Assembly: GCA_051362555.1 (NCBI GenBank) | Contig: CM120640.1 | Coordinates: forward strand, 46,664,788-46,728,787 | From: Lingula anatina | Lineage: Eukaryota; Animalia; Brachiopoda | DNA: 64,000 bases | Reading direction: 5' to 3' | In this document: in pieces, positions 1-13,317 of the stretch | Position numbering within the stretch: position 1 is the first letter of the stretch | Layout of the letters: each line of letters begins with the position of its first letter | Made by a program: the position numbers and the translations under genes | The notes under the pieces: model-generated | Told to the model about the DNA's origin: nothing | Databases searched by the model: none | What the model saw: the letters and a program-made list of their open reading frames with translations, nothing else

Positions 1-322
1 TTATTTTGAGGAGCAAATATTAATGCCATTGGTTCACATGGACAGAATCTTTTGTTTTGGGCCAAAAAGGAGAGCAAAAATAACTTGAATACTTTGTTCA
101 CTCTGCAGATTCAGGAATTTTGGGAGTTGGTTTGTTTTTGGAGGTCAGAAGGCCACAGGTGCTAGAAGCACTAAATAAGTCTTGTACCAGCTTCAACTAT
201 GGAAAACTGGAGAGTGGCAGCGCAGCTAGCTGGGGCATTGAAAACATTAGGGTGGAGCATCACCACAAGACCTCTGGACTACTGATTTAAAATACATATT
301 CAATCCCATTGACTGTGCAGCC

Positions 323-3300
323 ATGAATGGCCAAGTGGACACCGTAAACAAGGCTATAAGTTATAATGTCCAGGTAGTGACTGAGAAACTCAACAGGACT
401 ATGGGCTACACTCATCTCCCCCCCCCCCCCCCCTCCTTTCATCCCCTCCCTCCCTGGTCCACCTTATGAATTGGATTTGGTGACTAATTTTCTCTGCAGA
501 TTTTAACTAATGCCAGTGTGTACTGTAGACTTGTCACTTTCCTTCTGCATTACTGTTTATCTTTCTATAGTTCACCTGTATCTCAACATAGATGTAAAAG
601 GATTTTTTGTTGTTTGTTTATAAAAAAAGATATATCAAACATTCATTGCATATCTAAGGCAAGAGTATAAATGGCGCTGCTGATGGTGTGTATAGTATCT
701 TTTTGTCTATCTTAGTGCATATTATTAAAACGGGAAGGGTGGTTTCTTCAACCTATCATCATGTATAATTTGTAGCTGTAGCTGTGACGCACACAAACCA
801 GCAGCTGCTTGGAGAGAAACTGCTGCTTCTAGGTAGTATGGGTGTAAAATGCAATTCTGAAAAAAAGTGTATCTCAAAACTATTACCTCTGAAGTCAAAA
901 CAGGTCCCTCCCATACTTGCTGCTCCAGCAGCCACACTTCTTTGCTCAACATATTTCACTAGAAATTTTGAGCACTTTTTTTATTTCAGGGGATTAATTT
1001 GTTGATTTTATTTTACTTATTTTTGTTATGTGATTAGCTGTATGTGACTGAATTGAATACTATAGACAAAATGTACTTACAACATTTAAAATATCAGCAC
1101 CAGGTGAAAAAGATGTGTGCATGTTTTGCACCTACATGTACCTCATCACAGGGCAAAGACAGTGAATGACATATAAGTGCAGAAGCCACCTTCCTTAGTT
1201 TCATGGATGCATATAAATCAGATTGAAACATAATTTATTTAAAATTGAATGCAAGCTGTAGTCTAAAATTGACTTTGATGACAGGTGAAAAATATGTTTT
1301 TGAAAGTTTTCACCTTTGTAAGCTTTCTTCTTGTTACATGTATAAATGTTTCATTCGTTGATACTTTTCAACAAGATTGTCCCAACCATTTGTCATTGAT
1401 TCTTATGAGAACTTTAACTATTTCCTGTGACAACAGAATAATTTTTTTTTTCAAATTCTCATTGCAGTTTGCTGGTATTATACCCAATGTTCCAGTACAT
1501 CTTGATTCTACGAGCCGCACAGATATCCTCAGAGTGATAGATAGGGGAAAGGTAACTTTAATATTTATACATGTAAATAATTATAAATACAATCACTCTC
1601 AAGTATGATATGAAAATTTCTCTGTGTGTAATGCACATAGTGTTTTTAAATCTCAATGCATGAAGCCAAGAGTACAATCATTATAAAAAAAATACGGAAA
1701 GAATAACATTTAAATAGTAAAAGATGCTATGAATAGAATTTGATACGCTGCTCATCATCTTATAATGAAAAAAAAAAACGTTAGTCTGTCTACATTGCAG
1801 TTTCTTCTTGTCATTTATTCATATGCTTCAGTTGCATGTGCAGAAAAATAATGGCTTTGACATTTGGGGTGGAGTAAATGTTAACCCTAATTAGTCTCCA
1901 TCAGACAGAAGCTCGTGATTATAAATATTTCACTATCGTAGTACATGTACAACTGGGAGCTCCCGTTCTTTGTGAATAATGAACACTGACATATTTATCT
2001 TTTAGTTGGCAACTTAAGGATTGATAAGCATGCAGTATTCTTATTTGTCATTTGTAATGTAAGAATGCAGAATGGAGAGGAACTGTGTTAATTACAGTTG
2101 TTTATAAGATAAAAAAAACTTAAGTTTCAAAGAAATTGTTTTCTAAATTAGTTGATACATTTTCAGAAGGATGGTACAATCCCTTGGCACACAACTTACG
2201 AACAAGATGCCATCTTTAGCTTAAGCGTTAACAATATCAAAATCTCAAGGAGAGATGGAAATGAAGTAAGTCTGTCTTTACCTCTACTTTCTATTGAAAT
2301 TCAATCATAGGTCTTTATAAACTGTATGTCTTGTTGTTAGGTTAACTGTCTTCAGCAAATGAACAAGTAAGCCCAGTGAGCACAAACAGTATAATAGAGA
2401 TTGATGATGAAAAAATTAGCAGCGAACATTAAAATTTCAAAACACGTTTCACTTTATTCAGACTTTACAATTTCCTTTTAAAAGGCATATGATCAGGAAG
2501 TATTTCCTGTTTTGCTAAATCCCAAGAACACCCCTCCTTTACTTTTCTCCACAGGGTCTCAGTTAGAAATTTTGTTTAGTACTTGAAAAATTTTGAATTA
2601 TTTTGGTGCATTGGTACTTTAAAGTTTATCAACAGTTCTTTGAATTGGTAATGCTGATAAACATGCCCTTGAGAAATGTCAGGCTTGAATTGGATAAGCA
2701 ATAGAAATGTTTCAGCTGCTGTTTTACTGCCCATCCCTCCAGATAATGTAAAACAGTAGGAACAACACAGGACACCCACACTTTTAATGCAATTTATTCC
2801 TCTTTATATGATATGGACAATTTATGTCTAGAGTGATTAAAAAAAAAGAAAGAAGGAAAAAAATCTTGTAGGTTAATTAAAATGGATTTATGTATTTTTT
2901 TTTCTATATGCTAAATGTCAGTTCTCCTTGTAAGAGTATTTTAAATCTAGCTTCCTTTCAAAATTGCCATAAAATGTCAAAAGTGACCGCTTTTTTTTTT
3001 GACAGATGTCAGTATAATCAATTAACTTGTTGATAAAATTCTAAAATGAAACACAATAGGGTTTGTACATATTGACAATACCTGAGTGTCTTTGTTATGC
3101 CCATTTGTTGTACTTGTTACAGCAATAACTGGGAAGCAATTTTCTTGATATTTAAAGTGAGATAGGTTGTCTGTACATTGTACAGTTTCAGCTGTCTTGT
3201 TGAACAATTAGATGGGTTGTTTACTCCTCTCATGAGGTTGGTTAAGGTCTCTTTCTCCCTGCATCTTTTATTATTCCAATTCATGACCTCTTGTTCTTTA

Positions 3301-6300
3301 GGATAGAAAGTCAATGTTTAACTCCCATGCCAGTGGCGATGGAACACTCAAAAGGAATATTAGGTTATCAACCTGTCAAAAAATCATTGTATAGAAAACA
3401 TTCAAAATTTGCATATTTTACTTTTACATTTGTTAGAAATGAAAACTGCAGCCTTCTTTGTTATTTTTGCCTTTGTTGCTTTACATACAGGATTTATTTG
3501 TTAGATTTATAACTTTATAATGAGCCTAGACTATTTTATTTCTTGACTAGACGGGGTTGTTTCATGATGAAAGAAATGTCCAGTAATCAGATCAGATACA
3601 AAGCTTTGCAAAATAACTGTCCGAGACTGAGATATTCTCAGATGTATTGATAAGACAAAGCAGAAAGCGTGTCATTATAATGCCATCTTGACTATATAAT
3701 GGCCCATGTGTGATGAAATAGTCATAAATGTTCCTCATTTGAGGGAGTTTTTGGTTTTATGAAACAAACATTAGTGAGAGATATGTCAGTGTCCTTTTTC
3801 TTCCAATCTACACACTTTGAAGTGAGAATAACAATGTTTTTTTTTTTTTTTTTTTCAAATAATAGGTCTTGGATGGTCATTTTCAACTTTAAGTTGGATA
3901 AAGATACTTCTGACTAAGGTTTAAGAATTTATATTTTACATGTTTACCAATATATGTATTAAATGTGTTCTTAAAATGATTAAACATTTAATTGTAGTAT
4001 TTTTGATGATTAAAAATCCACCATAATATGTGTTTATACTTAGGATGCCAAAAATGTTATCAGGCCAGATTTTGATATAGTAAAGGGAGAAAAACTAGCA
4101 ACTTTATTAATTGGAGTGGGTGTTTCAAGGGATAACAACTGTTCATTTTGGCCAAAAAACATATTTTCCTGGGGAGCCTCCGAGGGGTAAACGAGGATTT
4201 TCCCATACTAACCAATGGTTAATGAATCCATTCTGACATTCAAAGTTAGTCCATTTTTTTTTTCTAAAAAGTTTTGTTTTTTTGTAATAATCTCTTCAGA
4301 GATATCTTTTAAGAGATTATTACAGAGGTATGGTTATCTACATGTAAGAAGGTCCATTTGGTCTGATGGCAAGCACAGATTCAAGAACTATTGCACTAAC
4401 TGCTGTTTTGTGATCTTTCTGTAAGACTTTGTTCATCATTTTTAGGAGCTGATGTTACGGGTACCCATTCATGAAATAGCTACAATTTGTTACATACAAG
4501 ATGATGCATCTTTTATCTTAATTTTGAAATTTGGTAAGTGCCTTTAATTATATTTGCATAAGAGCATAAGAGAGATTATTAATTGTATATTAAGTAGAGT
4601 TCATTAACTTTTAACTCCTATTAAGTTGTTATTAACATTTGGAAGAGTACTAAAAATGTGTATATTGATGATATGATCTTTTTCCAATAATGGGATATTT
4701 TAATCATCCAATTAGGGAATCCTGAAGAGAGTCGAGAAATGTGCAAGTTGGCAGTTTTCCTTTGTGATAGCAGAGTAAGTAAAATGTTAGACACTGTCTG
4801 ATATTAAATACCAAGTATCATCATATCGTGATATACAGTAGATTCCGTAACTTGATGATTTATACAATTTGTAAAGAACCATTCAGTGATTCTGTTGAAT
4901 CATAAAATTTCTTTTTTTTTTTTATCAAATTTGAATCATTACTTACTTTCAAATATCTTTTTTGTGTGAATGAATGAGCATCCGTAGTTCTTTCTACACT
5001 TAAGATTTGAGTAAAACATTTCATGGTCTTCTTAGAGTTTGCATAGTACTCCGAAGCAAACGGATCTAATTGTTTTGACAGAAATGTTGGGTACAAGCAT
5101 AGAGATGAAATTGCTCTCTGTATTGTTCAAAACTTGTTCTTGTGACTGCACAAATGGGTTATTTCGGAAATAACTTGATGACTGCACAAAATGTGCCATG
5201 ACCCTGCAAGTGCAACAGTCAGATCTGAAGTGCATTTCAAGGTGGGAATTCAGCTTCATTTTATCAGTAGGAGTTGTTCTGATTATGCATCCTCAGGTGT
5301 GAATGAAAAAAATGAATCAGAAACTGGATAACAATTCTACTCCAGTAAAATGGACAAATCCATCACACTGAACATCCATGCTTATTCATACTCAGGTGCT
5401 GTGAATGAAAAAGAAGAAGCAAAAAAAAAAAAATTCATTCTATAGAACTCCACGACAATACTGCAAAAACCATATCACCATTGATAAAAAAATTTAGAAG
5501 ATCTATTTTAGTTATGATGTTCTCAGTGATCTAAGTGTTGCTATTAATGTTATCTCTTGTAGATTAAATCTACCTCATTCTGCCTATATAATAGGGATTT
5601 ACTAGGATTGGTGCATTAAATACATGGGTGGGCTGACAGTGAAGCAGACATTTCTGTTGGGTGTTGCCTCCTTTTGCATACAATTATTGGATAAATAGGT
5701 ATTGTGAAGATGCATTGCTGTTTGGACCAGGGAGATTTATGAGGGCATTGCTGGAATGTGGTCAACTTGTTTTTAGTATGATTTGAGGGTCAAAGGTCAA
5801 CATTAGGGAGGGGTGTTCTTGTCAATAGGTCATTAAGGGAAAGTGAAGGTCTTTGGTGCTGCTAGCAAATACACTTGATGGAAGACCTGAATCCTGTAGA
5901 CAAATACTGAGGATGGCATTTGAAAGAGAATTAAGCTCTGCAGCAAGCTGTACCCTCTTTATTTTCAGAATATTATTTTTAAGGAAAAACAGAGAAAAAT
6001 AAATACGGGAGGGGAGTTAAAGAGGTAAAACATTCAAAAGGTCAACGTTCAATAATTGAAAATCCCTGGTGTTGGATGGAGTTGTGTTTTATAAAATAAA
6101 AAATAGGGGATGTATAGGAAATAGTTCCAAATTTTCTGTTTGTAAAAGACATACAGGAATAATAAAAAGAAAATTGGATTTGAAACATAGAGCTTTACTT
6201 TGAATGAGGAATTTCATTTTAAGTTTAGGGATGTGTATCAAGGGGAAAAAATTTGGCAATGTTAGGGCAATAGCAGTATTGACTTTTGCAGGTGCATACC

Positions 6301-6804
6301 AGCTACAAGAGATGAATGAAGAAGAAATTTCATGAAAGGGGAAACTTGCAACAGAGGATACAAAGCACACTTATTTATTTGATTTGCCATATTTTCTTCC
6401 TGTTTCAGCTTTTGAAAAGTTTTGTTTAGGGTATGCAGAAAAGCTTTCCTGGTGGTTTTTAAATGCTTTGAACACCTTTGCAATGTATATTAAAGTCCTA
6501 ATGTCATCATGGGATTGATGCGCAAATGTCCAATGTCAATTTCAATTCTTTCTGGTCCTTTGCCCCTGTAATGCACCACCCTAGTTAATTTCCTGTATTA
6601 GTTGATTACTTATGACAGCAGAACAATATCTCTTATGATGTGGAACTGTTAACGGAAACATTACATCATGAATTAAGTTACGAAGATTTTATAGATTTAT
6701 GAGGGAGAACCTATGGTTCAATGTGGGTGGGATCCATGAATGAAATTGAGAGAAATGTTTAAATATGGTTTAAGACATTTTGCCCCCTCCACACCAAAAA
6801 ACAA

Positions 6805-6844
<40 letters not shown>

Positions 6845-9774
6845 TTAAGCAAACTAATACAATCATGATGTTCAATTTTTTTGTTGACCATGGTACTACT
6901 TTATAAGCTGTCTTTGACAAAATGATATAAGCCATAAAGATTTAAAACATATTTTGTTGCAGTCTGCCTCTGAGGAGTTGTGTTCACTGGTTGGACAGTG
7001 TTTCCAGTTGGTGTACACAGATGCCACCATGCAGTTCTTTGATAGGAAAGTCAATGAAGGAGCACGCGGGGTGTCTGGTACATCCTCTGTTACCCTAAGC
7101 AGTGGTGAGTTAGATAAAGCATTGTATGTTTGTAGTTGTATTGTTTGTTGGGAATTTGAAATATTTTTGTTGATAATATAATATAATATAATATAATATA
7201 ATATAATATAATTGGCATGCAGGGATTCTAGACGACAATTTTAAATAATGTGTTAAAAGATGTGAAAATTTTTTAACATTTTTAGGATGCTTAGGTGTAT
7301 ACATCACTCACTACTTCTGTGATAATTTTTTTCAGATTATTCCACATCTACACCTAAGAACCTGGACAAATTACAGGATCCTTCATTGTAAGTTATTAAT
7401 TTAACTTATTACATGTTCATGTAAGGAGGCTTAGAACCATTCTTGAAATTGATCTTTTTAATATTCCCTGAAATTTTAAGTGTTTGCTTTAAGACATAAT
7501 CAAAGTCAAAATTTGCCTCTCTGCTTTCAATAACTTAGTCCCCTTGCAGAACAAAATTGAAGAGCACTTCTCACACTGGTTTAATTCATTGAATATATAA
7601 GACATATTTTCACTTTTGTTTTGTGATGTTTTCAGTTTGTCTCAGTCAGCACTCCACCTAGATCATAGTCAGACATCAACATTAAACAGACCAGCTCACA
7701 GGCGGAAAAGAAGCACTACGCAGAGCGTCAGTGACCTTAGCACCTCGGCAGCAGATCTGTTGCATGATTATATTAGAAAGGTAAAATTAATGCATTTATA
7801 ACTTGTTGAGATTGGTCATGATGAAAGAAAGCAAATTTTCTCTGTTTGATAATCAGAAGTGGCAAAATGAGGGTAAACTCAATGTATTGCACTTCTCTCT
7901 CAAAATGTGTAAAACAAAATGATCATTGCCAATCGCTTTTGCAAGATTATATAGATAGAATACTGATAAGATGGGAATTAGTGATGTTTTAAGATTGACA
8001 ACTATTTGTAAATTGCTTCAAGTGGTAGCAATGCTTGTTTTGGTGTCATTTGAGGTGAAATTGGGAGTTTGCTTTATCCCCACTTTCAGGTGACTTGCTA
8101 ATTTGTCACTGGTTAAGAATTGCATTTAAAAAAGTTTGCGGTGTGTGCCAGAACACATCCTTGCCATTAACCTTACTGGGGACATTAAATAGTTGTGGTT
8201 ATGAGTGGCTTGTCATCAACCAGTATTTGAGGGGTATTTACTGGTTAAGATTTATACATGAAAACATATTTAATATATACAGTGTAAATAGATTCATGAG
8301 CTGTGTAGTTGGATCATCCAAGAAAGGTACACAATATCCATAGATAATTTTTCCTAAAAATACTTTTGCAGGATTTTATGAATAATGTTAGCTCTTTTAC
8401 AGAATTTATGAAGTTAAAAGAGAAATATGAAAGAGTGGTAGAAAATAAATATATCATACTTGTTATTTTGGTTCCAGATGCAGAGAGTTTTAACTGATGA
8501 TGAATTAAAAAGGTTTGCCTCTTTGTGTAAAATGTGGCAAGAAAATATGCCTTTTAATGAATATTGCCAGAGGGTGCTGGAGCTTTATGGACAGGAGAGA
8601 AAATATCTTTTAGCAGGTAATTCTTTTCCGAAACTTTACTTCCATAATTACGTTATTTCTTACACCCCATTTCCATAGAATTTTCGATCGATCTATCCCT
8701 GTGGGGAGTCTCACTAGATTACTGTCAGCTTGGCCGGCTTAAGCGTCTGTCCCGCCTACTAAAAGCTGTAAGGGGGTAATTAACTATGGTGCCCGCTCGG
8801 CTGACTGCAATTTAGTGTGAACCCCCAGGGAGTTAGGTCGATCTAAAACTTAATCTTTAGATCTATCTAAATCTCTGGGAAAGCACCCTTATTAAATAGC
8901 TGTCAAATATCTGTGGTATAAATTAACAGGATAACATGTATCATTTATATGGTGGACTCGGAACCATGATGTATGAGATAAATACTTTATACATCTAGGA
9001 GAGCAATCAATATTAAAGTTATTATGTAAAGTTATTATGTAAAATTATCATTTTTTGTATGTTTTTTTTTTTTACCATTTCAGATATGAGGGATTTTATA
9101 CCTGAAAAAGACTATGAATTTTTTGAGTCATTCTTGAAAAGTATAGGCATTGTAAATAATGGAAGAGGAAGTCAAAGATCAAGATACAGGTACCCAAAAC
9201 CATTCGATACCTCATTCATTTTAAGAATTGACAAATGAAAAATATAAGGTTACCTTTAATGGATAACTTAACATGCTGAAATCAATTGTGTAAAAAAGAT
9301 TGGGAATACTTAAAAGGAGGAATGAAAAGAACTGGGTGGTGAAATTTGAACATGTTTCCTGGTCTGTCTTTTGGCTGCTTGTGCAGTGCTACAAAGGGGC
9401 AAATGAGAACAGTATTCCATGCATGAGCATGATAATAATTAATGAAAATAAGTGGGATGTCTTCCATGATATCTATATGACTACTAAGCATTAATGATTT
9501 TTTTCTATCATAGTAAAGTTTACACATGTGAATGTTGGTAAAATAATATGATTTTTATTATAATTCATTGAAAATTAAATTTGGACTTGTACTTTTTTCC
9601 AGACGGACAGCGAGCGATGTATCTGGTTTAACAACAGGAAGTGCTAGTGACACTACATCTTTAGCTGCAGATGAGTTTGATCGCAGCATGAACATAATTA
9701 CCTCAAGTATTGCCAATATGGAAACAAGTGTGAACATTAATCCCAGCTCATATCTTGGAATGCAGCAAACGTGA
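323..9774 (+). CDS. CCM2: Cerebral cavernous malformations 2 protein (malcavernin): PTB domain, LD-like motif, harmonin-homology domain; ~378 aa, 11 coding exons
   Basis: Exons 323-373 (tentative first: gccATG, in-frame stop upstream), 1468-1551, 2167-2265, 4446-4533, 4716-4774, 6963-7104, 7336-7387, 7636-7780, 8478-8616, 9084-9189, 9603-9774; all GT-AG, 1137 nt in frame. Peptides [72 protein letters not shown] and DEFDR match recalled human CCM2 ([60 protein letters not shown], DEWDR). Confidence 0.93.
4127..4330 (+). mobile_element. Partial copy of the ~330-bp TTAA-flanked MITE family (other copies at 23053 and 46446)
   Basis: Starts AAGGGATAACAA and shares TTTTGGCCAAAAA...TTTTCCCATACT.ACCA.TGGTTAATGAATCCATT with the other copies; no right TIR seen. 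Confidence 0.65.
5600..6588. mobile_element. Possible decayed ~1-kb DNA transposon in a CCM2 intron
   Basis: Imperfect inverted ends TTACTAGGATTGGTGCATTA and TAATGCACCACCCTAGTTAA; no TSD or coding remnant recognised. Confidence 0.3.
6806..6845. repeat. (ATT)n microsatellite
   Basis: Direct reading. Confidence 0.95.
7173..7212. repeat. (ATAAT)n microsatellite
   Basis: Direct reading. Confidence 0.95.
8661..8888. mobile_element. Degenerate foldback MITE in a CCM2 intron
   Basis: Arm GATCGATCTATCCCTGTGGGGAGTCTCACTAGATTACTGTCAGC is an imperfect reverse complement of GCTGACTGCAATTTAGTGTGAACCCCCAGGGAGTTAGGTCGATC; GC-richer than its flanks. Confidence 0.6.
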
Positions 9775-12700
9775 TATATGTTGTGAGGGACACATGCTGA
9801 ATGTGTACCTTTAGGATCCGACTCAATGGTGTCATCTTTGTTGTTGTAAAGATCTGATCTGGTGCTAGTTCATCATCAGCTAGTGACATCAGCCTGTTTG
9901 ACTACATATGTTTAGCAGTACTGTACCCTTAGTGTCAAAGGGTGATTGGATGTAGAGGATTTCACAAACCCTGGGATTTTAAAGCTCAATAATAGGACAC
10001 AAAGTTGTGGATATGAACTTTCGTGGGGTGCACTTGACACCATGGGCTTCACAAGGTGACAAAGTCCATTAAATGGAAACACGAAGAAAATATACAGGAC
10101 CCTGCAACTCTTTCACACAGTTTGGCACTAAGCGTCCTTTTAACATCATCCACATTGATACTCGGCATTGATTCAACAATTGATAGGATGTGATGGACAA
10201 AGGGCAAGATACCACATTGTGTTACTCAGTGAAGGGTGGGTTTAGGTTTAAAAAACTGTGATAACATGAACTAAAAATTTGCATCTGTACAGTGGTGTCA
10301 GGTGTCTTGTGCTGGAAAATAAGGTAAAGGTTCTTATGGCTTGAATATGATGCTGTTTATTTGCCAGACAAATGATATAAGTGATAGGGAATCATTTTAG
10401 AAATATCAAGCCATTACAACAAACAAAATACATTGGATAGAAAATCCCAATGCTGCTGCTGAAATAGCAGCATTATTGATTTTTAAACGGTGTTATCACC
10501 CTGTTTTAAAATATTAGGTATGTTTATGTAGTGAAATTTAGGATTTAATGTTGGATTTTGATTTTTTTTAAATCCTCAGAGGGTTAGTTTTATATAAGAG
10601 GACAAGGGAACTTTGGGATTAGTCGACTTGAGGACCATAAACCATTGTAATATAACTGCTGTAAGTCTGAGGGATATTGTACAGGTACTTTCAGTAATGT
10701 CTGTGAAGAAAATCTCTATGTTTTGTCAGGATTTAATGATGATAGTCTGATTGTGCAGGTGTGTATGTCTATTTATGTAGCAAATGTTTATCACTCGTGT
10801 GTTTTGTTTTCTGGTATAGTTCCACTTGCCTTTCACAATGTGATCTCTCTCGGTAATTTTTTAGTTCAGTGATTGAGCAGTATTTTGGTGCTAGGTAGAA
10901 CTACAAATTGCTGAGATCCATTAGGAAAATGGTTTTGCCACTGTAAAAAAAGCTACACTGCACTTTAGGACCTTTTCTGTAAGGGGTCAAAGCATGGGTG
11001 TGTTTAAAAATTCTCAGGTGTCATGATGGCCCTTGCTTTTCATTCAAGTGATTGATAACAAACAGCAATGGCAACAGGCCGGTAATCAAAATTGAAAACT
11101 AAGAAATTACCCTGAAATAACAGAGATGGCTTTTCACTCAATTAAGGTTATTGATACTGCTGGGTCCACCCAAGTTAATTGTGACAAGCAAGGGACCCAG
11201 CCTTAAGTAATGAAAGTTAATAACCCATGAAGGGGGCATCTCATAGATGCTATGAGCTGGTTAAAATGGTGATTGAGTTCCTGCAAACTTTTTATTTTTG
11301 GTAAAGCTAAAAGAAAAAAATTGAGGACAAAACTGGTCATGAACTGGGGAAAAATCAAAACCTTTTGGCTTTTTGTCAAAATGAATTAATTTACGCTATT
11401 GGGGAATAATTTACCAGGGTCAGGAAAGGATCCTCTAGGGTAACACATGCACTGTCATTTCCTACCATCAGGCATATAATGGGCGTATTCTAGTCCCAAG
11501 TCACTGCAGCATTGTCTCATTTTCAATACATCTGTCATAATAATAATATCTGCTTTAGGGGATGTTTGTCATTGCACGGATTTTAACTACTATTATTTAA
11601 AAGGACTGCTGGAGGAGATCTGATTTTTTTAAATATCGTAGTCACATCAGTTTCAATGTATCTGTTGTGTTTTTTTATTTATTTTCTTGAATTATATGAT
11701 AATTTCAGCATAAAGATATTTGCTGATGTTTCACTCAAGTAATTTATTGTTGTACATTTTTAGTAAATAAATTGTACATAGGTTTATTGCAATATGTTGG
11801 AAAATTGTATTATAGGTTTGTTTTATATGGGAGGTGTGACGTAAAAAGGTTGAATAATTAATCAAGATGTGTTCATTTGTGAGGGATCATCACTTTCTCA
11901 GTATTACTATGTAATAATGGGTAAAACAATCCTGACTTTGTGCAAATATAAAGCAAACACTTCCAGTCTGAAGTGAAAGTGTGTGCATTCAAGTTGACTG
12001 ACATCATTGCTTATCGTGTTATTTTAGGTAATGCTCATGTCACCTTCATTTTTAGAATATTGAATTATGTTGTAGAATATTCAACTGAGCATCCTGTGAA
12101 TGGAATAAAATTGCTTGATTTTTTTTTTCAATTTGTTGGCATTCAGTTTTTATTTCAAAATTAGCTCAGTCAAGAAATTGTTTACTGACATAATTGTCTG
12201 AAGATGAAAAATAAAATTGTACCCAAAATTCTTTACAGAAAGGACTTTCAATCACCATCAGATTCAGATTGCGTGATTTGCAGTGCAAATGTTTTAATGT
12301 AATCCTGAAAGTTAAAATTTGGGATTTGTGATAAAGTCTCATATTGAAAAATACTAACGATAAAATATCAGATGAAATGCTTTGATTTATTTGCAAGAGC
12401 ACCCAGAGAACCATTTCTACATTTCTGTTTGGTTCAATATAAACTGTTACGTCTACCAAAACCATTAAATGTATCTCCAATTTAAATTGCTTTGAAGAGT
12501 ATAAGATAATCACAATACAAAGGCAAAATGTTATGGAGCATTTGGGACTTTCAGATATAACTGTGTTTCAGTCTAATTTTGTTTTGAATACTGTATACTC
12601 CCAATTAGCTAAAGCTGAATGTCCACAAGACCATGAAAGTAAGAAGCGCACCTTATGCCTATTCTGAATATTTTACCCTCAATGTCATATACACATTTTA

Positions 12701-13317
12701 ACTTTGAAACGGTCCACCTCTACCACCTCACACTGTAAAGTACATTAACTGCTGCAGTTAAGTTCTAGGCATCTTCCAGCAAGGGTGCACCTGTTGACCC
12801 CATAATGATACCTTCGACACACCCAGGGCTGACAATTAAAAACGCATAAATTCATGATTTACATTAACAAGTGGAGCATGGGTTTAGAAATTATACACAG
12901 ACATGATGTGTATGAAAAAATACACAGAGGTGCATAGGAAGCAGATACACCTGTACATAAATATATTAACTGACCATTCAAACAGTATATGTCCCATCTT
13001 ACAGGTGTGCATAATTTGTCACACTGTTATAAAGCTCAGTTCCCCTTTCCTTTCAATTTTGATTTGCAAATACATGCTTTTTGACATGTCGGCTAAATCA
13101 CCGCAAACACTGGGTGAACACTAAACAACTCTCTTCAAGTACCACTTCTAAACATTACCTCACAGCAAAAAGCTTCTACAGTAAGTTTACACAGAAAAAT
13201 TGTTTTCTGGAATGAATAGTGCCTGAGGTTACTTGGCAAACCATACAAGAGGTCTGCAGGCACACCTAGGATTCCTCCCATGTTCTAGTACATGTAAGTT
13301 GTCCTTGCATCTTTTCC

